A stretch of DNA of 64,000 nt from Octopus vulgaris (taxonomy: Eukaryota), in the NCBI GenBank assembly GCA_951406725.2, contig OX597815.1, positions 89,714,001 through 89,778,000 of the forward strand, given 5' to 3'. Shown piece by piece: positions 14,327 to 28,699 of this stretch. A model generated the notes under the pieces. That model was not told where the DNA came from, did not search any database, and saw only the letters and a program-made list of their open reading frames with translations. A program made the position numbers and the translations under genes. Position 1 is the stretch's first letter. The number at the start of each line of letters is the position of its first letter.

Positions 14327-14552
14327 GTACGCTCTTGACGCTTCATCAACCAAGTGTAGGTTGAAGCTTCAGTGAAGTCATTCACCTTGAATGGCAACGA
14401 CTAGTACCAGCGTGGCTTCAAAGAACTGACAGAAAGGTGGCTTCGGAGGGTGCAACACTATGGCCTCTACTTTAAATGTTAGGCTGGTTTTGTTGTATCT
14501 TGACGAATAAAGCAAACAAGTTGCTTACAAAATGTTTGATTCAACACAGTAA
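14327..14552 (+). mobile_element. mariner transposase C-terminal remnant and 3' end
   Basis: Translates YQRGFKELTERWLRRVQHYGLYFKC, matching the mariner C-terminal pattern Y.xGI..L.xRW.......G.YF. Confidence 0.55.
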
Positions 14553-15011
14553 CTTTCTTACTAAGCAGTTTCTTCTTAGAGTATAATTGTTTGTAATAAC
14601 CAATTTAAAATTTGACAGTAGAATTATATGGGAATGTTAAAGCGGCGATTGTACAACGATAAGAACAGAATATCATCTCACGGATAGAATCTCGACGAAG
14701 ATATATACAAGAAGGAATATTTTTGGTGAGGTATTTTATCTGCCTTCAAAGTAATGAGTCAAGAGAATGTAAAAACATATTAAGAATTTATTGTGGATAT
14801 ATCAATGAAAATAAAATCTATTCTAATACATAAAATTTTATGTGAATTTTACTCATTAAATATTAGAGATATAATAGAAACGACGCAGAAAAATCCTTGA
14901 CAGTTTCGGTTTCCTGTATCAGAATATGTTAACCTTTATAATTGAAATGAAGATACCCATAAAGAGGAAAATTTGCAACGAATTTTATAACACTCCTGCT
15001 TTATCGAATAA

Positions 15012-17318
15012 CATTGGTCAACAAGTATAAGGTGACATAGTATAGTTTTTAATGCTAATTTCAAATATACAATTAGGTTTTTGACACCACGTACAGTTTT
15101 CGAGGTGACAAAGTTTTTTGGGTTATAGCTTATGCATTATATAGAGTGTCCAATTAATGACATGTATGCATGTATTTAATTTACATCATGGAAACATACC
15201 TTTAAAATAAACTACATTATTCATTGCTGCATAGTTCAGATGCAATATTTCATCATCTTAAATTAACGAATGAAGTTTTGTCTGATGAAATAGGTATTTC
15301 AATATCTCAAACTGTCAAGTTATAATTGGTCTGATGAAATATTTCATCATCTCAAATTTAATATAAGTATAACCGCTTGTATTTATTTCCTTACTTGCTT
15401 TACAGTGTCAACAATGTCAAGACAGTGTAAAAATCGTGCTGATGTGTTTTGATATGTCTGTGGACAATTTATTGCGAAAGCTAAAAAATGTACAATGACA
15501 CCGGAGATCAAGAAGATTTATAAGCCAAGTTTTGTCGTCGTGGAGATCAGGACAAGTTATGGGCACAACGTTTTATCTGCTCAGCTTGCTCAAGTGGCTT
15601 ACGTAACTGGTTCAATAATAATAAGAATTACATGGCTTTTGCCATTCCAATGACATGGAAGGAACCGAAAGAACATTTTAATGACTGTCGTTTTTGAAAA
15701 GTAACTTTCACAGGATTTCCTATGAAGAATAAACATAAAATTGTATATCCCATTTTGGATTCTGCAATGAGACGTGTGCCTCACAATGCAATCTGTCAAA
15801 TCCACTTCCACCAGATGATGGCATTGGAACAACAGATGATGATGTTTACTGACATGATAGTGCTGCTGATGAAGATTACGCGGCTGATGGCGACAGCTTT
15901 GCACCTCAGAAATTTTTGCAAGCTGAAATGAATGAACTTGTCAGAGACCTATCCCTCTCAAAAGATAAAGCATAGCTGTTAACATCAAGAATAAAAGAGA
16001 AGTATCTGTTAGCGCACGGTGCTCGTATACCTTATTTTCGGCAGAGAAATGTGGTTCTTCAAAGGTGTTTTCCTATTTTTCAGTAACATCGATGCACTTT
16101 TCGAATGTGTATCACAAAATCCTGATCCTGCAGTGTGGCGTTTGTTTATTGACTCTTCAAAACGAAATTTAAAAGTTGCACTTCTCCATAATGGTAATTT
16201 GAAGTCCCCCATTCCCCATTGCACACCCCGTTCGTCTTCATGAATATGGAACTTTTACTTCATGCCATTACTTATGAAAGATATTCATAGAAAATATAGG
16301 GATATTTAAATGTCATTGGAATGTTAATGGGAATGCAGTCAGATTTCCCAAAATGTTGTTTGTTGTGCCTATGGGATAGTCGGAGAAGGGACAGACATTA
16401 TTCGGAATTAAACTGGCAGACAAGAACATCATACCAGCCAGGACTCACTAGTGTCAAGAATATACATATTATAGATCCACGTAATGTTTTATTGCCTCCT
16501 TTGCATATAAAGCTTGGACTGATGAAACAGTTTGTAAAGACAATAGCGAAAAGAAGTGCCAGTGTTTGAGTATATTGTTGAAAAGTTTCTCAAGATCACA
16601 CAGGCGATGTTGAAAGGGAGTATCTTTGTCGGACATCAAATTAGAGAAGTGTTAAGCGATGTCAGCTTCAAGACAACACTGAATGAACTGGAACTGCCTG
16701 CCTGGAATGCTTTCAATTGAATCCGTAAGAATTTCTGGGGCAACAAGAAGGCAATCGATTACAAGGATTGCGTCAAGAATCTTCTGAAACGTTACTCAGC
16801 AATATGTTGTCAAATGTCACTGAAAGTTCATTCTTGGACTTCCATCTGGATTTCTCCGTAGACAATCTTGGAGCTATGTCTGATGAACATGGCAAAAGAT
16901 TTCTCCAGGACTTTGGTGCTATAGACAATCAGTACCAAGGCTTCTGGAATGACAGTATGCTGGCTAACTACTGTTGGATACTTTACCATGATCAACCAGA
17001 TCAGGTACACCGCAAGATGTTTCTAACTCAGTTGTTCTAACCTTGTCTATTTTGTCTGACATATGTTTGTGTATTCACACTTTCTAGAATAATAATGATA
17101 ATTTTTAACTCAATAAACTCATTTACCTTCTAAAAATAACATTTCCTCATTCATTATGTTACTGATTTCATATATACAAATATGTAAATATTTGCGTGTA
17201 TCTACTGCAAAATCTGCATACAAATGGAGTGAAAGTTTGACATCAGAATGAAAAATTCATCTAAAAAGTTGCGTTACATTCATAATGAGTATAATACTCT
17301 TAATTTTGTTGACCAGTG
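15012..17318 (+). mobile_element. Chapaev3-type (CMC superfamily) DNA transposon with both termini
   Basis: TIRs CATTGGTCAACAA (15012) and TTGTTGACCAGTG (ends 17318). TAA flanks both sides (15009-15011, 17319-17321), the TWA TSD expected for Chapaev3. An internal transposase remnant is present. Confidence 0.85.
15414..17040 (+). pseudogene. Chapaev3 transposase pseudogene (multiple stops and frameshifts)
   Basis: N-terminal Chapa-like Zn finger MSRQCKNRADVF*YVCG...GDQDKLWAQRFICSAC...WKEPKEH..DC. Core motifs WRLFIDSSKRNLKVALLHNGN, CCLLCLWDSR, LPPLHIKLGLMKQFVK, FHLDFSVDNLGAMSDEHGKRF and YQGFWNDSMLANYCW. Confidence 0.88.
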
Positions 17319-18355
17319 TAATGATTTTGCATCCAAAATAATCAAAGTATCTAACTACCATGTTGTTTGATAGTATTTATTGTTTCAACACCTAATTGTG
17401 TGGATACTATATTGTTTGGCAATGGCTTTTCACATATCTGTATATTCATCTGAAGATGCTACAGTTAACGTAGTATTTGCCCAAGGATAACATCTCTTAA
17501 ATACTTGCTGTGTTAGAATCGAAATGAATATCATAGCCCAATGAAATTTCATTCTTGCGGCGGTCAAAAGTATATGACCGTTTTGGTTTTTTGTTTCAGT
17601 GGGGCATGTCGGTAGCCAGCCTCGTATCTGATATGGATATAATTGTATTTACCATTCACTGACATTTGGAATATACACCCGGTTATTCAAAAGTCTGGAA
17701 CATGTAGTGAAAGCAATAATTAACTGAATTATCCATCTATGTATACGGTAACTGCTGCCCAATTGGCAGAGTGTATATATATTATGCAAGATACATTCAT
17801 TGCTATATGTGTGAGTGTGTATGCATTTGCATGGATATATACATAGTCATAGACACATAGATAGAAGACGAGAGAGAGGAAGAGGGAGATATATTCGCCT
17901 TTGAGTTTATGTGCTCATGTATACTTGCACATAATATATTTTCGATACAACTATGCACATGAAAACAGTCAGTCATAAAAATGTTTCTTCAGATCTGTAC
18001 ATATCGAAGTAAGAGAAATATATGCGAATGATGAGAAATACGTCACTGGAATATATATTGATCGACGGTTGAGTTTAAATAAAGACACTATAATACAGTT
18101 TTTTTAGCTCTATTATTGTAAACAAATATGCAAAATGAAGGCAATACTTAGTTGAATTCGATTCATTTGATACTGACGTTTTTGTAAAGAATAGACTGTT
18201 TACTTTAAGGGATAAAATAACAATAAACTGAGGTTTCTTTTATATTTTATAAACATCATTAAAGATACAAATGTAAGGAAACTAAAGTTATTCAAAGGAA
18301 GAAAAAATATAGTAACTCTTATTGTGTAGTTTTTTTGTCATACCACATATATACA

Positions 18356-18451
<96 letters not shown>

Positions 18452-18617
18452 ACTTAAAAGTATGTATACAGCATATCTTAATGTGTCCAGCAGTATATAT
18501 AGTTATGCATCCTCACCATATACTACAAAGAGCAACGATATATATGTACACAGACATACAGAAGTAGTTTATAATTTATATATGTCTATGTATTGGTGTG
18601 CATATGTGTGCAAACAT

Positions 18618-18681
<64 letters not shown>

Positions 18682-19429
18682 ATACACGCACACACATACA
18701 TAAATGGATACAGGCTTACATATAGGTATTTACACTTTCATCTATCGATATTATATTTGTCACTTTCTCTATAATTTTCATTCCTTGTCTTTTATGCATA
18801 CGTGTATGAGTGTGCGTCTGCGCATATACATGTATGTCTATGTTTGAGTGTGTGTATGAATATACATAATTCTCACTGCATGATCATCAGAATGCATAAA
18901 ACATGTATCATTGTTTTCATACTAACCTACCATACTTTAATATCAGTTTTTGTCTTTTTATATTTTAGACCTGCTATCTCGTTCCTAGAAGTTACTTCTA
19001 TTGACGTAAGTGGACGAGTTTACAACTAATGCATGATCATGAATTTTGGGAACTAATCTGGCGACGCTACGAAACTTGTTTGTTAAAGAATCTGATTCTT
19101 TGACACTGTACCTTAGTTAGCAAAACTATCAATTAAAGAAGTGTCTATAAATGAAAAATCAACGGTCAAATAATAGCTCGGCTTCACCAAATATAGGGAT
19201 AATAGCTCACAATGTGAGTATACGCAAAACAGTAGTTGTTTTGGTTGATGAATAAACAATTTTAAAAGCGTTAGCCTCGTGTAAATAGAATAATTCATGT
19301 ATGGGATTTTTTGATAGCTTCAGCAGAGAATGGAAATCAGACTCTTCAATTATTCCAATAAAATAATGCAGTAATTATTTATCTGCATAGCGGAAAGTTA
19401 CTTGCAAAAGAATTGCTTAAAAATTAAAG

Positions 19430-21400
19430 TGTAAGTGGCGACAGGTCGACGTGTAATTCAATGTGTATTTGTAAGGAGAAGAAAAAACACGTGTATGGAC
19501 TTCTACTTCTGATGGGTCAAAGAGAAATATCGGGAGCAGAACAAGGCGTGAATTCAGTAGGGATTCTGGATATTAAATACGTCAAGAATGTCACGTATTT
19601 ATAAGGTTTGAGTACCCTGAAAGTTTTTCATCGGTCAAATAGTCTAAATTTAAAGTCATGTTAACAGAACTTAATGTTAACAGAACAAGTTTATCAAAGC
19701 CAATTTATGCTCACTTTATCTGAAAAAAGTTGTTCTAGGTATATTCCATAATAACTATTTAATAAAAAAAAGCGCTGAAGACATGGAAAGTTTAGTGGAA
19801 GCTAGAAAGTTTTGAAGCCATCAAATGTGGCTTGCAAATGTAACATTTGGACGACTGAACCTAAATGCTATCACATGAGCCCACTGTTGTCGAATCCAGA
19901 TAACAGTTGTAAATAGCTACTTTATTTATTTATTTAGAAGAAAAGATGATAGATGGAATAGCAAATTGACACCACGCCCAGATAATGGAAGAAGAAGGCA
20001 TTGGAAGAGTTGGCATGAAGACTTTAATTCTTCGGCGCCAAAACATGTATGAAGAAAACGATGATAATTTATTTGAGCAAGAGAAGCAATATTGATGGTA
20101 AGGTCAGTGGCAAGCTACATCTCAGGATTTTCAAGGTCTGTTTGGTAATTGGAATAGAAAAACAAGGGCTTCTTTAAAAGAAGCACGCGTTAGTACAACA
20201 TTTTCGAACAGCTGCAATATCCATACACTTTTACGGGCCTCAGACACGAACAATATATTGCAAACATTTAAAAAGCCGCACGGGATACTACAAAACTCAA
20301 GAAAACCTTATCTTACGAAGAATGCCATGCACCCTAATAGGGAAGTGTTATTGCCCTAACCAAATTTCTTCTGACTTGTATTTTCCACATAAATGAGGAA
20401 ATCGTTTTTGTTTTTAATTGCTGGGTCCACTGGAAGTAGCAGAGTATAAAACCCATGCAGTCTCTCTGAAATACAAAGACAGTGTTTCTACTTTACAGTT
20501 GTAGAGATAAGTTTGAGCAGACCATCTTTAAACTTACCGCTTGGGGATGGGATCAGTTTCTGATCGAGTCAAAATTAGCAAGTACTCTAATTTGCTTTGC
20601 GATAACGTACCTTACTTTTGATATAGGTAAAAGAAGCCTTCTTTTGTGACTTATCTGAAGCATTCTTTTGCAGCAAGGGATATCTACTTTTCTATGTTTG
20701 TAGTCTAATTCATGATTTTTTTAAATATATTTTCTTTTCTGTGTGAGATAAATGATTATTGCATTAGTAACGTCTCACTACCTTATTGTAGGATGCATGT
20801 CGTCGTTTAGAACTAAAGTGTAAAACTTGATCGGTGTTTGGTGCAATCTTTTTAGTCTATTGCTTGGGTACTACACTGAACGCATCTGAAACGGGTCACT
20901 GCAATTCAATGTTTAGTCTTATTGCATTGTCAATGTAAGACTGACAGCAACTTAAAGAGCATCTTTAATTTCTTTATCTTACTCGGACAGTATTGTTATT
21001 CTGCATGCAGTGATATATTGTTTTTATATTGCTGTCATAATCATAAATTATTGAATTAAACATTCCCTGTATATACCCATTTATAAAGTCAGTTGTTTTC
21101 TCTGTGTGAATTGGAAGCGAATTGAAAGTAGATTCAAATTTTACACTTTCTCACTAATCAGTTACTCATGACACTAGTGTAAACAAAGAAGCTTTAGCAA
21201 TCCTCAACACTTTACAAAAATTGGATTTATCCCCAAGCGTATCCATTACCGAGGCAAAAACATTTGAAATACACTTAAGCTCTGAAACACCGCACTCACA
21301 TATAACGTTCAAGCAACCACATTTATGAAATCATTTCATCTCACGATCACTATAGTGTTACATATAAAGAGAATGACCTGAGTTTTGTCTGTTCTACGCT
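19430..21400 (-). mobile_element. Very decayed CR1/Jockey-group LINE (possible RT remnant, possible PHD-like ORF1 remnant)
   Basis: Minus-strand fragments weakly resemble LINE RT blocks (LDSTTVGSCDSI ~ LD..KA.GPD.I; PESLLNSRLVLL ~ PQGS.L.P.LFL) and a K*FHKC PHD-like motif near 21330. Heavily interrupted. Confidence 0.3.
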
Positions 21401-21914
21401 GACAATCATTGTCTGTTCTCTACTAGCAGTGAGGAAAAGTTTCCTCCTTTCCTTAACCGCACAGCTGTGGCAGATTTGCAATCGGTACTTTTTCTGTAAA
21501 AATAAAAAGTGCTTCCTGCGTTGCACCCAAATTAAAAATGTACTTGTAAAGTCATGTCTAGACCGATTCCTTCACACCAAAATGTTTTTTAGAAATTGGA
21601 AATTGTAAAGTCCTTATATACTGAGATGTTATGCTTTCTTAAGTTTGATGATAAGGAGGCTGAGTAAATGTGTGATTGAAATTACTTCTAGGTATTTTAT
21701 ATACTAAATTATGAGCTTTCAATAGATATTCATTTTCTTAGCACATTCTAACTTTTTATTAGCCGCCAAACCTGAAATCACAGCCAATTGTTTATAAATA
21801 TTTGTATTTTTAATTTTTTAAATGTGCACTAACAAGGATTGAACCCAATAATATATTATATTTAACTTATTCGCGCAAGATATCCCATAAAGTTATTAGT
21901 TTTGACTATAGTGG

Positions 21915-22860
21915 TTCAAGAGTTGGTACATACAGAAAAAGCAGGAGGGAATAATCTTGACAGGCCGAGGATAGGAAACTGAAAGGAGGCCGTCTTTTCT
22001 ATCCACCGAACAACATTTGTAGGTTGCAGCCCCAGAAGGCACCACTGAGACTCGTTACTTTCAAGATAGTCGCATATAATGTTAGTCGACGTTACTGAAG
22101 AACAAAATCTTGATTTTAGCAATTACCAGAGCTATATTTTAAACATTTTCAGTGCTTTCTCCTTGTCAGGGTTCGTTCTCAACCGTGCTACTTCTCTCCG
22201 GCTCACAGAAATGAGAATCCTCTTGTTCTGATTCCAGATGTGATAGACATCACCGAAAGATCATACGCACACCCGCCGAACTAGGTGATTTGTCCCGCGT
22301 GCTAGTCATTACTATCTCTAGTTACGTGACTGCTTCGACATTTTACAAAAGCTCTAAGGCTGCTATCAATATCTTCTTTAAAACAACTGGGGTAGGCACC
22401 GAGCTCTATCTGATGCTGTCTACCATTCGTCTGTATCACTTAGTGAAATGCCAGCCATTAAAGCTGCACATATCCTCCTCGCAACGACAAGCATCCACTC
22501 AGCATAATCACTATATATCAAATAGTGTGTTTGCTGTCATGTTGCTATGTTGCCAACCGGTCACATCGAACGGCTTTCCTTCTTCGTGTCTTAGAGTTCA
22601 TGGCTGATCTGTGGCTGACAAAGCAGTCTTCGAGTTAAACAATCTTTTCAGAGCAGACCCACTTCTGTTGTCGATGATTGTCCGCATATCCGATGTTTCT
22701 ATGTTTACCACACCACGAATTCCACCTTCAGTTTTCAATATCTGGATCTCTACCTATGACGCATAACGGTTTCGATCATTCTCTGTACAAATACAGGCCC
22801 TATTGCTAACCACTCTGAATCGTGACAAGCTACAACCTCCTTACACAATGGTCTCTAGAA
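21915..22860 (-). mobile_element. Possible decayed L1/Tx1 ORF2 C-terminal remnant
   Basis: GC-richer island. Minus-strand KTEGGIRGVVN resembles the K..GGLG..N motif of L1/Tx1 ORF2. No intact frame. Confidence 0.25.
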
Positions 22861-23535
22861 TACTATATTTCTGTTTGTGTTGTTTTGTTGTTTTGATGCA
22901 ATTTATATACACTAGTATGTTGTTTGCTGACGTGATGAAAATGTTCGTGAGTAATGCTTGTGTGTAAATGTGCGCACTACATTATTTGTTTGCGCTTAAA
23001 TCTATAGCCGTGTTGTTAAGAATTTCTTACATATTTTTCTGTCACGCAGAAGCTATTCTGGCTTTTTGCATACGTGTGAAAGGTTCTACATATGTTTCTA
23101 GTATTTGCAATATCTATGGTGACGGTGATGGCGATGCTGTTGATAGTATTGGCATTGATACTATTGGTAGAATGCTAGTATATCGTTTAATTGCATGTTT
23201 TGCGTATTCACTTATTTTTGGTATTAAGTTTTTTTTCATTATTTTCCTAATTTCAGCCCTTTAGAGACTCCTTGTCATCTGCGTCACAGGACATATCTGA
23301 GTGGGCCGAAGAGGAAAGGGGCATGTCTTGAGAGCCATTGTAAATTTGTTTAGTTGTGTTTATCATTGTTTGAAAGACACACTCACAAATACATATACAA
23401 AGACTCATACACAAATACATTCTTACAAACGCTGACACACACAGCATGTGTATGTGTTTATATATTCTACAAGTATTTTTTTCCTTTAGCCAGTTATGTT
23501 ATGAAAAACATTTTAAATTTGTTAATCTATTGAAG

Positions 23536-23623
23536 AAAACTTTTATTCAGACTTATAACGAACGGGTTTTCCGTCTAAAAACTTTTATTCAGACAATAAC
23601 GAACGGGTTTTCCGTCTAAAAAC
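23536..23623. repeat. Tandem duplication of a ~44-bp unit
   Basis: AAAACTTTTATTCAGAC(TT/A)ATAACGAACGGGTTTTCCGTCT occurs twice, head to tail. Confidence 0.9.
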
Positions 23624-25571
23624 ATAAACATTATGCCAGACGCATTTCATTTTTCCAAAGTCTCTGAGATATATAAAACTTTTCTTGCGTCTTGAAATAG
23701 CGGATCTTGAATCACCAATTCAGCATAAAATATTGGAGATTTTAGTTATATATATTGAAAGAAATACAGAGTAAATATCTAACGTATATCAGGCATTGGA
23801 ATATTAGTAATGCAAGAATGCGGAAATATCTGAACACACGTCTTTTCTTCTTAACATAACCATTCTCTGTTACTCTTATATCACATAAACATGTTTGTTT
23901 CATGCCAATAGATAACATCAATAATACCAATAGTCTTAACATCAAAATGTCTATTCCTCTTTACTGTATAGTATTGCGAATCTGTCGGTTTAACAAATGC
24001 CAGTTGCTTATTGTCTTTTAAAAATCAACTAAAACATTTTTTGTTTTGGTTTTTTAACTTCCTAGAATTTTATATATTCACGAAACAAAGGTTTGTAAAA
24101 CACATTTATTGTAAGTGAAACTAATCAAGTCATTAACGACCTACCAAACGATACGCACCAACTATATTACACTTTGCCATTTGATTTTTGTAACAGTAGT
24201 AAACTATTTTATTTTAGCTTCACTTTGATATTGTATTAGTACTAATACTTTTTTCTATAAGTATATAAAACTCTCAAGGAACATTTCCCATAAATGTTAC
24301 ATTTACGTGAAAACAATAATCAAGACACAGCACGTTTCTCTTTTTTATTTTTTGTTCCAGTAAAAATGCTACCATTATTGAAAGTAATTTTTTGCAATAT
24401 TGCGGAATAGAAGAAGTAAAATTACAAAAATAAGTATGCTTTATAATTTGATTTCTGGATAAAGCTATCAAACGCTAATATTAAGAAATAAATAATTTGA
24501 TAAAACATTGCTTTGGCAAGACTTCCTTATAAGATTAATGGGTAAAACTGATATGTTGACAAGCCTTAGTGAAATGCTACAAAACGCACACAAATCAATA
24601 AACACACTTCTGATTTAGAAACAAAAAAAGGAAGAAATTATTGCAAAATATAATTTAACAAAAAGAACCCTACTAAAACACAAAAGCCAAGACGATTGAA
24701 CATACGTATACAATATTATGGAATATTGCAAATGAAAGCATCTTGCAACTATTTTACACTATTAATGATGAACAGAACATTTTCAGTTTATTTTTATTTT
24801 TCTGCCTTCCTATTGAAAACTATTGCATGTACAATGCAATTCTTTGAATTTTTATTTGTAGATAATAGGAATAAAAAATGGATATCTTATTTCTGCATTT
24901 GACGATAAAATGTTTTTTTCTTATTATCCATATATACACCTGCTGGAAATCCATATTTCTCTTATCAAACAAATCTAGGCGAATATTAGTGACGGATAAA
25001 GACAATTATTGGTAGTAACGCTGAAAATGAAAGAAAAATGTTTCTCAAATTGCACATTAGAGCTTCATGTTGAATACCCTTGCGATAACGATTGAATTTT
25101 GTTTCGGTAAATTTTGGAAAATACAGAAAAATACAGGATAAAAAAAAATATTGTTCTGTCCTTTCTAATAGATTTTTATCTATCTACATCTTACTATAAA
25201 TTTCTCCCTACTCCATTTGCAGTATGTGCATACGTGTGTTTTTCTGAATGTAGCGCAAGGTGTCGTTTTTTCCCCACATTTGGTAATTTAATCATATTTG
25301 GAATAGATACAAGATATATTTTAGTGTGTGTGGCAGTTGTAGTGGTGGTGGAAATTGAAAACTGCTACGTGCGTGATATTCTCCAAGAAATTATTAATAT
25401 CAACAAGCTGAAATTATTTGAAAATAGTATTCAAACTTACTGCCCTATCGTAATTTTTGCGCATAGCTTCCTCTTATTCTATGGAATTTGGCTTACGGCA
25501 CCTAGTAATAATCCGTAATAATCAATGAAGTGAATTAACGCAACAATAGGCTCAGACTCATTTAAAAACTG

Positions 25572-25572
<1 letters not shown>

Positions 25573-25632
<60 letters not shown>

Positions 25633-25655
25633 GCTCGCTGCTGCTGTTGCTGCTG
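25573..25655. repeat. (ACT)n trinucleotide microsatellite grading into (GCT)n
   Basis: Directly visible. Confidence 0.9.
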
Positions 25656-26390
25656 CCCTTACTGCTATAATGCCACACAGAGTATGGAAATCGATAGACA
25701 TGCCATATTATTTGATTGGAAATTATTCTCTTGACCTCAGGATGGTGAACGGCAAAGCTTCTATAACTTTATTTGTCATAAACACGACTACAAGGCAAAA
25801 CATACTGAAACGCTAATTCACTATACTTCTATAAACTAGTTACTATGAATCAAATTCTAAGTCCAGTCGTGAACTCGAAAGATATTCGTGTTGCCTGGAT
25901 AATTACCGCCTTTCATTACTTCACAGATTGAATGGAAATTCACCAGATTAAACATTCTACAGAGACACAGTATTGGCAAAAAGTACACCCACTTGATTCA
26001 ATCCTTTTAATAATTATTCAACACCTTCAATTCGGGAAGACCTGTATCAAAATATTTAGATGCATTAAAACTTTATTGAGTTATTACGCACGTCAACTAA
26101 GATCTGGATGAAAACGTTTGTCAGGAGATTAATTAAAAGCGGTTTGCTTCTCGGACGACTCAATTCTGAAATGTATTTCAGACTCGGTTATGATTTCTAG
26201 CCAAACATAGAGGTACACTTTATATTCCACTTGCTCAAGTTTATTTTTACTATCACATGATTTCGTGAAATGTTACTCAAAACCGGCAAGCAATTGTTTG
26301 GACACCTAAGCTACATGCCATCTGCAGTATTTAAATCGGTTTTGTTACTGATTCACGAACAAACAATCCGAAATCAAATTACAACCTTTA

Positions 26391-27244
26391 CGAGGTGGTA
26401 TCAAAAGGTTCACGGACTAGCTATGTTTAATAAAAATAAATTACGGATTTACCTACGTTTTAACATTATCGCCTTCAAAATAGTCAGCTATTACACCGGT
26501 CCCAGCTTTCCTGTAACTTTTTGAAACCGGTATGGAAGTCGCTTTCCGTAAGCGAGTCGAGGCTCCTCTGCGGTTCGCCCTGTATCTCGAAAACGGTGTT
26601 AAAATGGCGGCCTTGGAGCTGCATTTTCACTTTGGGAACGAAGCAGAATTTCGCAGATGCTCTATATCTGGCGAATAGTGTGAGTGCAGAAGCGATACGA
26701 AGTTGTTTTTGGCTAGAAACTCATGAGTAAGGTGTGTTCCAATTCTTCGTGCTCCACAGATCCGGTCTCTTTTCCCGAATGTCCTCCCTCAAACGCTTCA
26801 CACAGTCGCTATAGAACGAATTCCCGATGCACAATACCGCATTTCCAGGATTGATGCTCGTGGTAAGTATTCCAGATCGCTCATCGACCTCCGGGGACGT
26901 TCTTCCGCTTTTGATGCGGCCGTACCACTCGAAACATTGCGTACGACCCACTCCATTGTTGCAGTAAGTTTGCTGAAGCATGGTCGATGTCTCTGTAGCA
27001 TACATCCCAACTTTAACCCCAAATTTCATGTTGACCCTTTGTTTCTGTCTATGACAAATATATATACTATAGCATACACATGATCACAAAAACACAAATT
27101 TCACAATTTGTGGAGTACACACAGCGATGTCATTCTGTACGCTGAATCATGAACATCATTGCTAGCTCTCACCATGTGCACAATCTTGTGTTGCTATCTG
27201 TTCGCGCGCTACCTAACTAGTCGCTAAAGAACTAGTCCATCTCG
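26391..27244 (-). mobile_element. Internally deleted mariner element
   Basis: Minus strand gives MKFGVKVGMYATETSTMLQQTY...RTQCFEWYGRIKSGRTS...ERSG (mariner HTH), fused through a deletion to the C-terminal YSPDI...PKVKMQLQGRHF...LQESW. Termini are TA|CGAG...GGACTAG and ACTAGTCC..CTCG|TA. Confidence 0.85.
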
Positions 27245-27698
27245 TACACTCGTATGCGTTAAATAAATCGGGTTTGCAAAATTAATAAATTGTTCGTGCT
27301 TAGCATAGACGAATCGCGAATATTTACTCCTGACAAAATCACTCACCTATTCTTTCCATTAACTTAACTCCCTCTTTAATCAAGGTTGTTAAATTCTATA
27401 TCGATTCTGGTGACAGTTGTATTTTTTTGCTAAAACCTATCTCGTCTGTTATAATAGCATAAATAAAGCACTATTTTGTACAAGAAAAATGTAATTCCTA
27501 GTAATAAGATCCTTGTTTAGTTGTTCCATTCGAGTCAAACAGGATTATCTTAAACTGACGTAACTATCTCGTTAAGGATAACATTAGACACATCCACTAA
27601 CTTTATGATCAATGAGCACTAAAAGCCCACTTCTTTAAAAGTACAATCGAGAAATCACTTCGATACCAATCAGAACGGGTGTAATATTTTACGACGCC

Positions 27699-27912
27699 AA
27701 GGCAGTGAACTGGCAGAAACGTTAGCACGCCAGGCGAAATGCTTAGTGGTATTTCGTCTGTCGTTACGTTCTGAGTTCAAATTCCGACGAAGTCGACTTT
27801 GCCTTTCATCCTTTCGGGGTCGATAAATTAAGTACCAGTTGCATACTGGGGTCGATCTAATCAACTAGGCCTCTACCCCAAAATTTCGAGCCTTGTGCCT
27901 AGAGTTGAAAAA
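27699..27912 (+). mobile_element. Full-length tRNA-derived SINE (family B) with 16-bp TSD
   Basis: A-box-like TGGCAGAAACGTTAG, B-box GAGTTCAAATTCC, central GTCGACTTTGCCTTTCATCCTTTCGGGGTCGATAAATTAAGTACCAG and an A tail. Flanked by AATATTTTACGA(C/T)GCC at 27683-27698 and 27913-27928. Confidence 0.9.
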
Positions 27913-28699
27913 AATATTTTACGATGCCTCATATGATCTGATATGCTCACAATTCAAATGGGCGTCCAATGCATCATATCATTAGTAGCAATGTAAAGGT
28001 TTCTAATTGCTTTGGCATTCTTTTAACTGTTGGATGTTACATTTGCAGTCACACAATGAAACTGTAACATCAAACATATATTTTTTATTGTTATTCTCAT
28101 ACTTCCCATATCTCTGCCTTTCCAAAATAACTTCTTATATTGAACTCTCTGATTTCCTTCTATTTAACTATCTCATATCGCCTCTGATTATGGGATAAGT
28201 TTTATATCTCTTAAACAGCTGTGAGACTACCTTTCTCTTTATAAATGTCCTAGAAATCTCACACTAACTTGCCTTTGCTGTCTCATTTTATTCAACATAT
28301 ACACGCTGACACACAACCCGCATTACACTCCACAGGGAGTCTAACAGCGGTCTTTCCGTAGCACTAACATAGCCTTAATTGCCTTTTGGGTCTTCTGTAT
28401 ACCAAAACCTCTCATATCACCACAGCAAGGTGGCTGTTCCATGTTACTACTACTTTACCCTCAAGCAGCTCTTCAGCCAGCTGGTTATCGGTGCAGCACT
28501 ACACCCTGTACGTATATATTGCCATCAAGGGAATGAAGCCCTACCATCGTCCAGCAGACGACAGGACCACTGATCTGCCTGGTGTTGAACTAGTAGTAAC
28601 ATGGAACAGCCACTTTGATATGGCGATTAACATTACTTATTAATGTAGCTACTGCTCTCATAGGTTCTTGAGATTTTACAGCCAGCGACTTTACTCATA

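Noticed and set aside
27699-27790. tRNA gene calls at SINE heads (also 13660, ~2170-2230, 55960-58110)
   Set aside because: A/B boxes are present, but there is no complete cloverleaf and each continues into a SINE body.
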